64,000 nucleotides of DNA, taken from NCBI GenBank assembly GCA_030867685.1, contig JAQOWU010000001.1:868001-932000 (forward strand), written 5' to 3'. Below the pieces are notes generated by a model. The model did no database searches and was not told the DNA's origin. It was given only the letters and a program-made list of their open reading frames with translations. Positions 44,791 to 55,832 of this stretch are shown here, piece after piece (positions within the stretch are counted from its first letter, which is position 1; each line of letters opens with the position of its first letter). Position numbers and translations under genes: made by a program. Source of the stretch: Wickerhamiella versatilis (Eukaryota).

Positions 44791-46648
44791 CGATTACTTA
44801 GCGTAATAGGAGTGATAGGTATGATATGTTATCTTGTCATTCTCGTCTTCGCGCAAATACGTTGCCAGAGGTGATTCAGATATTCCTAAATAGATAAAGC
44901 GCCAAAGAAAAAAAGTTCAGTTCCTGGTAAAGAAAATCGATTCACTTTCACTTTAACCAAATGCTCCGATAAGCCAAGTTATGCATTTCTGCTAGGTCTG
45001 AGAGGCATCATTGTTTTTCACGATGAATTCAGGTCTGTCGCACTCCTTAATATTAAGTCTAATCTGTCGATAAGGTAGTCTATTACCGGAAGGATGTGAT
45101 ATCTGCAAGCGATTTCGGGAGAACCTCATGAACACGTTATATGCTTTAAATATAATAATATTCGCTGGTGTCATAAAGCCCTCGCGAATTTCTGAGTTAG
45201 CCTGTAGACAGAAGGTGTTCCGTTGTTTTCAGCAGCTTTATATACCTCATCGATCAATCCCCTCCCTACCCCTGTCCTCTACAGCACAAGGCGAGGTGAA
45301 CGAGTCCTGAAGATAGCAAACATACTCTATCTTCAAATCACGTTTTGACATGAAGTAATCCTAGAATGGGCGTTTTTTTTAGCAGTCTGGCAAAAATGGT
45401 ATTATACACCTCATCAGGAACACTCGACTTACAAAATTCAAGATATGCTGTCCAAAGTGACTTTCGAGAAGTGTTATCTGCTTTTTTCATCTCCTGGGTG
45501 GTTATCGTCATAGTTAGTGCTACTACCGAAATCTGAAAAGATAGCCGCTTGACCGCTCACCTGTATATTGCATATTGCGCGCACAGGTGATCGAACACGA
45601 ATTAGTCCCGGATTTACCTGTAAACAACATACTAAATACAAAACTAGAGGCTCTAAAGCAGTGTAACTATTCACGTTTGAGTATTAAGACATGCTTTTTG
45701 CCTGCAGAAATAAATACTACTGTAGTCTCTCAAGAATATTCATCGAATTGTTTTAGAGTCATAGCCATAATGAAGGTCTGTGAGAACTTCTCTCAGCGTC
45801 ATAAGAAGCTAGAGGTTGGTGATATATAGAGCTAAGCTCTGGTTCGCAAGCTTTATTATACATAGGTTCATTGAATTATGAAGTATACCATCTAAGTGGG
45901 CTATCAAGATGCCAATAGAAATTGATTATCGAGCCGGTCTTACAGTTATTATTTCTTTGTCTCTACCTAGGTGGGTCTTCCAACATTTTCTTGATATTAC
46001 ACAAGTGTGAAGCATTTCACTTGCATTGGTGCGACTAAAATGAAAATAACTAAGTCTAAACAGTATGAAATGGAATGATATCTACCTATTTGGAATAGCT
46101 GCTGAGGCTCGGAGGAGGCTTGGCGACTGTCGGTCATTCTGAGTTACAGTATCTTTGGTGGGTTTATGTGACGAAAGCGTGCCATACGTTCCCAGTAGTC
46201 TGGGAAAATGAATTTTATTTGAAATACCAAGTTTTAATTCTTTACTTTATTTATTTCCGCAGAAGTTTTGGCCCTTGATTCTTCAATATTTCACGATAAA
46301 CATTGAACACAGTCTAGTGCGGTGCAAAAACGGGGCTAGGGTTCGGAGCAATAGACAGTGATTACTTGTGACGTCATATCTTTTAAACTCGGAATAACTA
46401 TGGACAGAATCATTACACATAAAAAGTAAATATGCAGTACAGCAACATGGTACTTCTAAAGGCTCGAATCCGATTTGGTTTCTTTGTAGCCATGGTTTTA
46501 TGTCTTGAGCTGCTTGTAGATGAGGCGCATCTACTGGGTAAGGGTACATGAACTGCCGAAAGTTGCTGCAGGGAACTCCACAATCAGAGAAACTATATAA
46601 GCGGCGCCATATCACACTGATTTATTAAAACACAAATAGCAGACATCA

Positions 46649-47602
46649 ATGGGAAAAAGAACTAACACTATCATCAGATTCGTTCCTCAGCAAGAAGCTT
46701 GGGTAATAGAGCGCATGGGAAAGTACCACCGCGTCGTGGAGGCCGGCCCCTGTGTACTATTTCCGCTACTAGACAACGTCAGCTATGTACAAACACTTAA
46801 GGAAAGGGCAGTAGATGTACTTCAACAGACGGCAATTACCCTGGATAACGTCACAATTCAGCTGGATGGGGTTCTATACATCAAGGTCATCGACCCATAT
46901 AAAGCAAGTTATGGTGTTGACAATGTCTCTTATGCTGTTTCACAACTTGCACAGACAGCTATGAGATCTGAAATTGGTAAAATGAGCTTGCAACAAGTTT
47001 TACGAGAGAGACAAACTGTCAATGTTAATGTGTCCTCTGCCATAAATGAGGCATCAGGCAGTTGGGGCGTTAGATGTCTTCGTCATGAAATCAAGGATAT
47101 CCGACCACCGAAAGAGGTGGAAGACGCAATGCATCGCCAAGTAAGTGCAGAAAGATCGAAGCGAGCCGAGATCCTGCAGTCAGAAGGTCACCGACTAGCT
47201 GCAATCAACAACGCTGAGGCGGAAAAGCAGAGATCTATTCTAGCCTCGGAGGGTCAACGACAGGCAGCCGCTAATCGTGCTCAAGGTGAACGTCAAGCAT
47301 CTATTCTAGCTGCAGAAGCTGCCAAACAGGCATCCGTATTAAATGCTGAAGGTACCGCTCAAGGACTTGAAGAAATGTCAAGAGCCATTGCCAGTACTCC
47401 TGGTGGTAAGGACGCACTTGCTTTGCAATTGGCCCAGCAGTACGTTGCTGCATTTGGTAATTTAGCAAAGGAAGGTACATCTGTCGTTGTACCAGCTCAA
47501 TTGAATGACATCGGAGGCATGATCACAGGTGGAATGTCTATATTCGATAATGTTTCTAGGAATGGTCAAAGCAGCATGCCTATCATGAACGGGAAGTGCT
47601 AA
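46649..47602 (+). CDS. Stomatin-like SPFH/band 7 protein (SLP-2 type)
   Basis: FVPQQEAWVIERMGKY, AITLDNV, AQTAMRSEIG, a coiled-coil region, and LAQQYVAAFGNLAK. Confidence 0.93.
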   Translation: MGKRTNTIIRFVPQQEAWVIERMGKYHRVVEAGPCVLFPLLDNVSYVQTLKERAVDVLQQTAITLDNVTIQLDGVLYIKVIDPYKASYGVDNVSYAVSQLAQTAMRSEIGKMSLQQVLRERQTVNVNVSSAINEASGSWGVRCLRHEIKDIRPPKEVEDAMHRQVSAERSKRAEILQSEGHRLAAINNAEAEKQRSILASEGQRQAAANRAQGERQASILAAEAAKQASVLNAEGTAQGLEEMSRAIASTPGGKDALALQLAQQYVAAFGNLAKEGTSVVVPAQLNDIGGMITGGMSIFDNVSRNGQSSMPIMNGKC

Positions 47603-48062
47603 TTACATCTATCTGCTGGCTAGCCCTTTTTCATAAGCTAATAAATAAGTATTACATTACAAGATATCAACGGAATCTCAAGAAAGTAACATTCACCTTT
47701 TGCCACTAATATATATTACTGAAAGTATAACAGACACTGGTTAAAATCATGAAAAGTAACAAAAAAATAAAAGAAACATATGGAGATAACATTTTTGTTA
47801 CCTAACGTACATGCCAATTTCGGTATTATAAAAGCCGCTGGTCTCTATATACAAATATCGATACCTAGCGAATAGATTAAGTAGAAGTTAAGAGTATTAT
47901 ATTTCCAGAATCTTGATAAATACTAGAAACCAAAGAATTTTATCAGTGGGAATACCGTGAATAGTTAATAGCCATTTCACTCTAAAGACTATAATACGAC
48001 ATAGTACTAAGCTGTTTTAGAGACTTCTGATTATAGGTATCAGATACTAAATATCTAGGTCC

Positions 48063-49142
48063 TTATTGACCCCACGCATGCCGCTCGAGGTCACTGAGTT
48101 CTAGGGGAAGCCGTTTACCAATCTCAGCAGATTTTGCAGCTGTTTCCAATACTGCCATCAGTGTCACCGCCTGTTCAGGTGATACAGGATTTTTTCCTTT
48201 GCCAGAGATTGCGTCTCTGATTTCTGCATAATACTCCGCTTGTGTACCAGGGAATGCTTCTTCGCTACTTACAAGACCGTCGGGACCAAATGTCTGTAGT
48301 GGGGCTGATATTAATCCATATTCAAGATCTAGTGGTGACTGACCATCCCCAAGTTCCTTTTGAGGCTTGAGAAGACTTCCTTTCAACCCATGCACTGCAA
48401 AGCGATATGAGGGAGAAGCAACCAGCATACTGGTATGCAAAACCACATGCATTGCTCCACGAACATTATTTGGGTGATAATGAAGAGTCACTAGTGCCCA
48501 GTCATTTGTTTTTGCACCTGGTCTTGTGCATGCGATTGACGCTGAGATCTCCGAAGGAGGCCCAAAAAGCAGTAGTGCCTGATCTGCAAGATGTGGTCCT
48601 ATATCAAACCATACGCCAGACCCAGGAGCTGATCGCTCTCGCCATCTATCACGTACCTCTGGACGATACCGGTCCATATGGGACTCGAATTCAACTACTG
48701 GACCAATGGTGTTGGCTGCAAGAGCCCTTCTCAAATGGAGGAAATCACTATCCCAGCGTCTATTTTGAAAAACCGAAAGCAAAAGGCCCGTACTTGCTGC
48801 AATCTTAGCCAAAGCTCGTGATTCAGTTATGTCGAGTGTGAATGGCTTGTCTACCACGACATTTTTCCCATTCTCCAGAGCTGCTTTAGCAAGGGGAAAA
48901 TGGCTATCATTTGGAGTGGCGATTACCACTAACTTGACATCCTTGTGAACAGCCGCCTCGTGAGGTGAAGAAACAACCTCTGCATCCACACCCAAAGGTG
49001 ACAGCGCCTCGTGCACCTTCCTCGAATCGCGTGAGGAAACAACACGTAGATCCAACCCCTTTGTTTGAACAATAAAAGGAGCATGGAAGGTACTGCCTGC
49101 AAAGCCAAAACCAATCAGTGCAACAGGAATAGGCTCTATCAT
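48063..49142 (-). CDS. Gfo/Idh/MocA oxidoreductase (YdgJ/IolW-like), bacterial type
   Basis: LIGFGFAGSTFHAP, VVVDKPF, VFQNRRWDSDF, RWRE, GVWFDIGPHLADQA. Confidence 0.92.
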   Translation of the reverse strand: MIEPIPVALIGFGFAGSTFHAPFIVQTKGLDLRVVSSRDSRKVHEALSPLGVDAEVVSSPHEAAVHKDVKLVVIATPNDSHFPLAKAALENGKNVVVDKPFTLDITESRALAKIAASTGLLLSVFQNRRWDSDFLHLRRALAANTIGPVVEFESHMDRYRPEVRDRWRERSAPGSGVWFDIGPHLADQALLLFGPPSEISASIACTRPGAKTNDWALVTLHYHPNNVRGAMHVVLHTSMLVASPSYRFAVHGLKGSLLKPQKELGDGQSPLDLEYGLISAPLQTFGPDGLVSSEEAFPGTQAEYYAEIRDAISGKGKNPVSPEQAVTLMAVLETAAKSAEIGKRLPLELSDLERHAWGQ

Positions 49143-49586
49143 GCTGAAATTGGTGGGGAAAAAGCAATCAATGGAGGTAGTAATACAACGTCATTCGATT
49201 AGTTATCATACCCCTTCAATTAGATATGCTGATAAATGTCGTGACCTTATTGAAAAGATAGTGGATTTTCGAAAAATATGAAATAGGGGAATTATTCTCG
49301 GAACATTCTGTTATGTATTAGAAGATACAGATATGTTGCATCGATTTTTTTCTATACCTTCATTGCTTCAGATTTTACTTCTGGTACAGAAACTTGGGCC
49401 TACGTTATCGTTGTGTTGGCTGGTTCGAACATCGCTAAATTTGGATAAATCGTCACATAGGTAGCGAGTCCATAAATTGTGAAGGTCTTGAGACATTCTC
49501 TATTCAATGACTAGGTCAAATGCTATGCTAAGTGATACATACCACTGTCACAATCATAGATTCTTTCCTAGACAAACAACATATAG

Positions 49587-50726
49587 CTAGATAGAGACCC
49601 ACTCGTTTCCCTTATTTGCTGATTCCAGCACCGCGTTGATAAATTTTAGCCCTCGCACACCCGTAGCAAGGTTGGGGAGAGTAGCATTTGAACTCAACGA
49701 GGACGCTGCGCCTGCATGCTCTTGAATGAGATCCGCAGCTTCTTTATATACATTGCAGAACGCATCATGAAGTCCCTCTGGATGACCTGGAGGAAGAATT
49801 CCATCGCCTGCCTGTCCTTTGTGATGAATTGTTTCCGTGCAGTTCGAATCGTATAGACGAAGCTCGTCTGGACTTTCCTGGAACCACGATAGTGAGCCTT
49901 TGTCACCAAAAATTCTTAGTCTTAGACCATTAAGACAACCTACGGCAATTTGACTACACCACAAGGAGCCAGTGGCACCACCGTTGAAGCGAAGCAGCAT
50001 CTTAGAGTCGTCACAAACCGCACGCCCCGGGATTGAGCTAGTCTCCGCTAATAAAGATTCAACATTCAGACCTGAAACAAATTCAGCCAGCTGGAAAGCG
50101 TGAGTACCAATATCACCCAAAACACCACCAGCACCTCCCAGCTGGGGGTTTTCGCGCCATTCTGCACCTGGAATACCCTGTTTTTCTAGAGGTTCGGATA
50201 ACCATCCTTGGATGTATTCAACGGCAACAAGCCTTATCTTTCCGAGGCCGCCTTCGGAGACTAGTTTCTGTGCATAACGGACCACGGGATATGCACTATA
50301 ACTGTGAGTTAACGCAAATACGACATTTTTCTCAACTACAGTATCCTCAAGTTTCTTTACGCCTTCAAGATTGGAACTGAGAGGCTTTTCCGATATGATA
50401 TTTACCCCTTTCTCAGCAAAAGCCTGAGCTACCTGTACATGCAAATGGTTCGGGGTTAGGATACTAACAGCATCCAAATCTATCAGTTTGGCATCTCGTG
50501 CCATAGCCTGATAGTCTGTATAGGCAAAATCTGGCTTTATTCCAAGTGATATAGCAAACGCACGAGATTTTTGTGGATCTCGTTCAAAGACACCTGCAAC
50601 CAGTTCATATCTGCCCGAAAGTCTTATTGCAGCTCTATGAACTGGTCCAATCATCGATTTACTGCCTCCTCCTATCATTCCAATACGCAAAGGTCGCATT
50701 ACCGTCTGTGAGCTGTTGCTAGACAT
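49587..50726 (-). CDS. Gfo/Idh/MocA oxidoreductase (inositol/glycoside dehydrogenase-like), bacterial type
   Basis: IGMIGGG..IGPVHR, TPNHLH, SEKP, EYIQGWL, WRENP, GDIGTHA, PPGHPEG. Confidence 0.92.
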   Translation of the reverse strand: MSSNSSQTVMRPLRIGMIGGGSKSMIGPVHRAAIRLSGRYELVAGVFERDPQKSRAFAISLGIKPDFAYTDYQAMARDAKLIDLDAVSILTPNHLHVQVAQAFAEKGVNIISEKPLSSNLEGVKKLEDTVVEKNVVFALTHSYSAYPVVRYAQKLVSEGGLGKIRLVAVEYIQGWLSEPLEKQGIPGAEWRENPQLGGAGGVLGDIGTHAFQLAEFVSGLNVESLLAETSSIPGRAVCDDSKMLLRFNGGATGSLWCSQIAVGCLNGLRLRIFGDKGSLSWFQESPDELRLYDSNCTETIHHKGQAGDGILPPGHPEGLHDAFCNVYKEAADLIQEHAGAASSLSSNATLPNLATGVRGLKFINAVLESANKGNEWVSI

Positions 50727-51194
50727 TGCTCGCGAGATGTTAACTATAAATTAATAATATATCATTCCCAATTACGAGTATTGGCCTCACACCAAAGACT
50801 GAGAGCTCATTACAATAGCAGCTATAACAATACTTTTCGGTGTCTTCTGACAGCTATCTCACTGCTGCTTCTACGTGTTCTTATTGACCCACTAATACAC
50901 TATGGCATAAGCTAGTATGTCTAAAAGCTTTATGCGTTGATTGAATTGTTCTGGTATCATTGCAAAGCCCCACACAAATTATTATTACCAAAACTATTAT
51001 GATGAAGACATGTACAATTTGTAACCATATATTACCACAGAAACCGTGGGTCTGTAGTCTATAATAGAAACTGGATTTTTTTTATTCCAAAGATTTTCTG
51101 AAAATGTGTATAACTTGGATAATAGCTATTCAATAGCTCTGGATTTATCTGTATTATCAGCATGTTGGGAATAAAAAGGTGTACATATATCTAC

Positions 51195-52331
51195 CTATAC
51201 TTGGGATAGGGCTTGACTCAAATCGTCGATAAGATCCTCAGGATCTTCGCACCCAATAGAAACTCTGAGGACTGTTTGGTCTATCTTGTCATCACTCAAA
51301 CAACGCCATTCAATCATACTTTCAACCCCACCAAGTGAAGTGCAATGATGGAAGAGTTTAAGTTTGGATGGGAAAATTCGAGCTTGTTCTGGTGTTGACA
51401 ATACCAGTTGGAACACTGGAGGACCACCATATGGCTGCTGCCACTTCACAAACTCATTCCGTTGCAGTGTCGCATGATTAATAGCAGCCAACGCAGGGAA
51501 TCGCGGCTTTTTGTCATTCAGGTAAGCGACTATTCTGTTGGCGTTATCAACTTGTTTCATTACGCGCATACCCAAAGTCCGTAATGACCTGAGAAGAAGC
51601 CATGACTCTAAGGTGGGAATTATCGTCCCGAGATTAATTCTGTCTTCTCGCAGACTACTTTTCACGTCCAAAGATCGCGTAGCAAGAACCCCTGCGAGCA
51701 CATCGGAGTGACCGCCAAGATATTTAGAAGCCGAATGCAGTACAATATCAGCGCCAAATGCCCAAGGATCCTGAAGTGGCGGTGGAGCGAACGTGGAATC
51801 AACAAGAAGTATGCAACCTTTAGCTTTTGATAATTGGGAATAATAATTCAAATCTCTTGCTTCACCAGTGGGGTTAAGGGGGGTTTCAACATGTATTAAA
51901 TCACCAGTCTGAGCCTTGAGCTCAATATCGGAAAGCTCCAAAACCTCAACACCACGACGCTGAACTAAACTTAGTACACCGTGGCATCCATGATATCCTT
52001 CTGATATGAAGACACGACGAGGGTTGAAGTGAACCAGAGCGGCATGGTATGCGGATAAGCCGCTGGAATAAGCGACAACATGACCACCGAGAACTTTCTC
52101 TAAAACTTCTTCCACATGGTTCACATTCGGTTGGCCCTCGCGAGAATAAACTAAATCGTCAAACGGAGCTGGATTCTCTGCAAATGGTAGAAGTTTTGTC
52201 GGATCATTGTCGTATCTGTACGTGGTTGAAACACGAAGTGGAGTGCCTACGTCGGGTAGTTTACTTGCATCAGCATGTAGAAGTGCAGTAGCGTATGGCA
52301 CTTTAGCATCGTGAGCTGATCGTGGCCACAT
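51195..52331 (-). CDS. Trans-sulfuration PLP enzyme (cystathionine gamma-synthase/lyase family, YHR112C-like)
   Basis: YSR, YSSGLSA, ETPLNP, VDSTFAPP, HSASKYLGGHSD, TSLGGVES, LRVSIGCE. Confidence 0.9.
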   Translation of the reverse strand: MWPRSAHDAKVPYATALLHADASKLPDVGTPLRVSTTYRYDNDPTKLLPFAENPAPFDDLVYSREGQPNVNHVEEVLEKVLGGHVVAYSSGLSAYHAALVHFNPRRVFISEGYHGCHGVLSLVQRRGVEVLELSDIELKAQTGDLIHVETPLNPTGEARDLNYYSQLSKAKGCILLVDSTFAPPPLQDPWAFGADIVLHSASKYLGGHSDVLAGVLATRSLDVKSSLREDRINLGTIIPTLESWLLLRSLRTLGMRVMKQVDNANRIVAYLNDKKPRFPALAAINHATLQRNEFVKWQQPYGGPPVFQLVLSTPEQARIFPSKLKLFHHCTSLGGVESMIEWRCLSDDKIDQTVLRVSIGCEDPEDLIDDLSQALSQV

Positions 52332-52762
52332 AGCACTTCAGCTATCTATACCTGCGTAACCGTTGCAAATCTGACTTTCTTATGTCCTGTTTGCCCTAAC
52401 CTTACTACAATAGATTTTGAGTATTTCTCGCTATGAGTTGAAATTTAAGTGATCAAAAGCACTTATTTGATATGAATAGATGTTTCAATTATGTCTGAAT
52501 CGATATTAGAATTTTCGAGGGAGTTCCAGATTTACGCTATCCCCTCCCTTTTGAGGCTACACTGCTTTTTTAAATTGGTAAGCGGCATGTCAAAGCGAGC
52601 AGTGTGCAAGTTGTAGCGAGCGTAGTTGAGTTATCAGCTAAAAAAAATTAATATCTGTTTAGAATAGATTGAGGCCATGGCTGGTATAGCCACTCATCTG
52701 TCAGATGTAAATCGAAATTATAAAATGCAATAACTAAAATATAAAAAACTAATACTAGTAAT

Positions 52763-54430
52763 CTAACAGATTAAGGCATCACCATATTTTTCCTTGCTAC
52801 GCTCACGCAATTGCTTCCCTTTAATTCTGATATATATCGGAAGCGGAAGCATTGCCAAACTTGACAGCGAGATTATGGTACAGCCCCATCCCACTGGGAA
52901 ATTGGGAATTGAAGTATGCCGGTACATAACCGTCCCAAAAAGGGGGAAGGATCCGCCTATAAACGACCGCATTATGGCATTAGAGCCACTAGCCGATGCA
53001 AATTTTGTGGGATACAGATAGCCAAGGTAGGCCATGTAAGATTGAAATGATAGGACGGCGCCCATGCCGAATAGTAGAGTCCCTACCATAGAGACGATCC
53101 AATGGACAGTCCCGGTGGATGACCAACCGTAAATAAGAATGCCGAAAGGAAATAATAGAGTGCCTACAATAGCTGCATTTCCAAACACTTTGTCAGGACT
53201 GAAGCTACCATTTCGTGCTAAAGGCTCTATTAGACTTTTTTGAAGGTATATTGCATATAATCCGATGAGGAGAAAGCACCCGATAAGAGGCGCCAGATAT
53301 GCAAGACCCATTTGAACCAGATTGAATTCATAAACCTCCATGTAACTTATGGGAAATGATTCAAAAAATAAATACATCATTGCATAAATCAAGGAAGTGT
53401 ATATGTCGATGAGAAATAGTACCACTTCCTTGAAGGTAATTTCGATCGGATACCAGAATATTTCTTTCAGTAGCTCTCTGATAGACTGATTATGCATTAT
53501 TAGTTCTCCTGACGCAACAATGTTCTGATTACCTGTTCTTCTGCGGAGAATTTTGGCCTTTCGCATAAGTAGTTCCTGTGAGCTAGTCTCCGGAAGCAAG
53601 AAAAATACGATTAAAAACATTGCACCAGATTCTATCAGCAAAAACCAAAAGGTCCAACGCCAAGAGTTATGGTTCACAAGTGCAGCTCCTATCAAGGGAC
53701 CAACGAATGGCCCCTGCATTGCTGCCAGGTCCCAGCATAACAAGGCATATACAAGGTATGGAAAATCAACGATATCATGATACGTAGCTGCTGTTGTGGC
53801 AAGTGGTGGTGATGCTAGCATGCCGGCAAGAAGGCGGAGAACTACAAAGGGAGCCACATGATTAATTAACGCTGTGGGTATCTGTATAATGGCGAACAGA
53901 AAAAGCGTTACAATGTATATATGATTTCGGCCTCGAAAAAAAGGGTTTTCGCTCATTGGACAGAACCACAGTGGTGAAAGGCCATAGCCCCATACAAACA
54001 AAGAAAGTCCTAGCATCAATTTCACTCTTGAGGTATCAAAGTAAGCCAACATCTGCTGTTCAGAAGGAGTAAAGACTGCAGAGGCGATATAAAGAGCCAA
54101 AGTAAGTACCGCCATAAGCATTATTACGAAACATTTCTTTGGTAGAGGCCAATTGCGTGGATTCTCCGTCGCATCGAATTCTTCCCAGCCAACGACAATG
54201 TATGATTCGCGCTCCATGGAATCTTCCTTAGAATCTCTCTCAGTTTTACCCTTGCATTTTTCCATAGATTTTGGAAGTTGCTTCCCGTCGCGCGATTCAG
54301 TGCAATTAGGTTGCAAATACTTCTCTGGGATTTCACAATCTTCCCATAATGCACGAAAACATCTACCATTGGTTAAATAGTTAACCAATTGCCCAAAGCT
54401 ACTGTCACGCAGCAATGAATATAGAATCAT
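52763..54430 (-). CDS. MFS DHA1 multidrug transporter (Flr1/Mdr1-like)
   Basis: RDSSFGQ N-terminus, ENPRNWP, PMSENP..GR, WRWTFW, LPET, and 12 TM segments. Confidence 0.92.
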   Translation of the reverse strand: MILYSLLRDSSFGQLVNYLTNGRCFRALWEDCEIPEKYLQPNCTESRDGKQLPKSMEKCKGKTERDSKEDSMERESYIVVGWEEFDATENPRNWPLPKKCFVIMLMAVLTLALYIASAVFTPSEQQMLAYFDTSRVKLMLGLSLFVWGYGLSPLWFCPMSENPFFRGRNHIYIVTLFLFAIIQIPTALINHVAPFVVLRLLAGMLASPPLATTAATYHDIVDFPYLVYALLCWDLAAMQGPFVGPLIGAALVNHNSWRWTFWFLLIESGAMFLIVFFLLPETSSQELLMRKAKILRRRTGNQNIVASGELIMHNQSIRELLKEIFWYPIEITFKEVVLFLIDIYTSLIYAMMYLFFESFPISYMEVYEFNLVQMGLAYLAPLIGCFLLIGLYAIYLQKSLIEPLARNGSFSPDKVFGNAAIVGTLLFPFGILIYGWSSTGTVHWIVSMVGTLLFGMGAVLSFQSYMAYLGYLYPTKFASASGSNAIMRSFIGGSFPLFGTVMYRHTSIPNFPVGWGCTIISLSSLAMLPLPIYIRIKGKQLRERSKEKYGDALIC

Positions 54431-54634
54431 CAATTCCTCACGCCAGCGAGGAAAATATTAATTTGTTTAGTTATGTAATCATCGAACGCCGATCGGTCAT
54501 AATCTGCGATGGGTCATAATACTTATGTGCATTGGCACCAAACAAGTTGGAGCCGTTAACTTATTGAAAAATTTGTATAGGGAGTAATCACTCCTAGCTG
54601 GAGAGATTAAATACTATCAGATATTTAACTTTTT

Positions 54635-54676
54635 TGTTCAAGTATGTTCAAGTATGTTCAAGTATGTTCAAGTATG
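54635..54676. repeat. 10-bp tandem repeat (TGTTCAAGTA) x4
   Basis: tgttcaagtatgttcaagtatgttcaagtatgttcaagtatg read directly. Confidence 0.95.
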
Positions 54677-54860
54677 CTAAAAAACTTAAACTAACTTATC
54701 AAAATCTCGTTCCTTCTAGGAATGTCAGTTCTGTATTTTGATCGACATTCTTTCATCATAAAAAGCGACTGACATTACAATCTTTAACGAATCTCTATCA
54801 TTATGGAATCTGTAAGTATATATTCCACTGATCCTAGTGTAATGAATGTTATTGTGGAAG

Positions 54861-55832
54861 CTAGCCCGGAATACCTGGACCGCCAGTAATACCGATTACT
54901 TGTCCTGTGTAATAGCTACTTTCCGTCGTTCCCAGCAAAACATAGGCACCCGCTATTTCGGCAGGCTGTCCTGGCCTACCAAGGGGGACTTCTGTGCCAA
55001 ATGATTTCAGCCCGGACTCATTCTGGCCTCCAGTTACTTCAAGAGCTGTCCAAAACGGACCAGGAGCTACGGCATTTACACGGATTCCTTTTGGTACCAG
55101 TTGCTTTGCAAGGCTTTTAGTCCAGGCAGCAATTCCGGCCTTCGTTGTTGCATAATCTAGAAGCCCAGCCGAAGGATCATATGATTGAAGTGACGCAGTA
55201 TTCACTATAGAGCTTCCCGGAGGCATGTGTGGAATCGCTGCCTTAGATAGCCAGAATAGGGCAAAAAGATTGGTATGCAACGTCCATTCAAATTCTTCTG
55301 TGGTTATGTTTAGGATGCTTTCTTGGAACTGCTGTCGACCCGCGCAGTTCACGAGACCATCAAGACCGCCAAGCTCATTAACTGCTGTCTCGATCAAATC
55401 TTCGCAGAAAGACTCGTTTCGAAGATCTCCCGGATAACCGATTCCCTTTCGTCCTGCAGCGTTGATAAAAGAAAGTACTTCGCGAGCATCTTCCTCTTCT
55501 TCAGGTAAATAATTTATGACAATGTCAGCGCCCTCCCTGGCGTATGCAATGGCAGCAGCACGCCCTATTCCAGAATCTCCCCCTGTAATCACCACCTTCC
55601 TCCCAGCCATTTTTCCAGTACCTTGGTACGACTTCTCACCGTGATCAGGGCGAGGATGCATTCGACTTGCCAATCCAGGCCATTTTTGCGGCTGCCACTC
55701 GAAGGGTGGGGAATGATACAATTTAGCCGGGTTAGATAACTCAGGTGCTTCAGTCACATTGTAAACATTAGAATCGGACAGTACTGTACGGAACAGTGCT
55801 AGCACTGAAAGAATTCTGCCTGGATAAAGCAT
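54861..55832 (-). CDS. YghA/YdaD-like short-chain dehydrogenase with predicted signal peptide
   Basis: PRPDHGEKSYQG, ITGGDSGIGRA, NCAG, catalytic YATTK, VNAVAPGP, PLGRPGQPAE. Hydrophobic N-terminus. Confidence 0.9.
   Translation of the reverse strand: MLYPGRILSVLALFRTVLSDSNVYNVTEAPELSNPAKLYHSPPFEWQPQKWPGLASRMHPRPDHGEKSYQGTGKMAGRKVVITGGDSGIGRAAAIAYAREGADIVINYLPEEEEDAREVLSFINAAGRKGIGYPGDLRNESFCEDLIETAVNELGGLDGLVNCAGRQQFQESILNITTEEFEWTLHTNLFALFWLSKAAIPHMPPGSSIVNTASLQSYDPSAGLLDYATTKAGIAAWTKSLAKQLVPKGIRVNAVAPGPFWTALEVTGGQNESGLKSFGTEVPLGRPGQPAEIAGAYVLLGTTESSYYTGQVIGITGGPGIPG

Noticed and set aside
18530-55832. Bacterial contamination or chimeric assembly as the source of the bacterial-type genes
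   Set aside because: The genes alternate with clearly fungal genes, lack operon spacing, and share similar composition and AT-rich spacers. Read-level confirmation is still needed.
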